A DNA stretch of 32,000 bases from Limnochordales bacterium (lineage in GTDB: Bacteria; Bacillota; Limnochordia; Limnochordales; Geochordaceae): positions 1 to 32,000 of the forward strand of contig DATCKA010000068.1 of assembly GCA_036562495.1 (NCBI GenBank). Direction: 5' to 3'. Both the position numbers and the translations under genes were made by a program. Under the pieces are notes generated by a model. It saw only the letters and a list, made by a program, of their open reading frames with translations. It did not search any database and was not told the origin of the DNA. Positions 31,980-32,000 of the stretch are shown here, in pieces (positions within the stretch are counted from its first letter, which is position 1; every line of letters begins with the position of its first letter).

Positions 31980-32000
31980 GAAACGCGCAGGGACTCGGCC

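Noticed and set aside
1-32000. Scan for rRNA, tRNA, CRISPR arrays, long direct or inverted repeats, transposase, integrase or phage genes, toxin-antitoxin or defence modules.
   Set aside because: I could see nothing of the kind by eye. Coding density is near-continuous on one strand and every ORF fits an envelope-biogenesis theme. A computational repeat or tRNA scan would be needed to exclude small elements formally.

Overview
This very GC-rich 32-kb window has every credible gene on the minus strand: 25 complete CDSs plus one partial CDS, forming one almost gap-free cluster for outer-membrane (OM) biogenesis. Reading in the direction of transcription (right to left), the genes are:
- flgH, flgI and a FlgJ-N-like rod-binding protein
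- a circularly permuted S55 (SpoIVB-like) protease
- tamB, bamA, skp and lpxD
- two unknown exported beta-rich proteins
- lptF/G, lptD, lptC-like and lptA-like
- a 973-aa fused permease/ABC-ATPase of unknown family
- lpxC, fabZ, lpxA, lpxI and lpxB
- an LpxB paralogue, msbA, an SDR sugar epimerase and lptB
- a DUF3084-like coiled-coil membrane protein
- the 5' part of an SLH-domain OmpM-like protein, which I translated by hand because it is missing from the ORF track

Nine gene junctions are 4-nt start/stop overlaps, and about half of the starts are GTG or TTG. The combination of LPS, BAM/TAM and L/P-ring genes with an SLH tether and a SpoIVB-like protease matches the OM cluster published for diderm Firmicutes. 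The high GC content suggests a Limnochordia-like source, but this is inference and was not searched.

I saw no rRNA, tRNA, CRISPR array, transposase or integrase. All long plus-strand ORFs and alternative-frame minus-strand ORFs look like high-GC shadow ORFs.

The best candidates for undescribed biology are:
- the orphan inverted MacB-like ABC fusion between lptA and lpxC
- the pair of unknown OM-protein candidates between lpxD and lptF
- the permuted S55 protease
- the LpxB paralogue
- the DUF3084/OmpM pair
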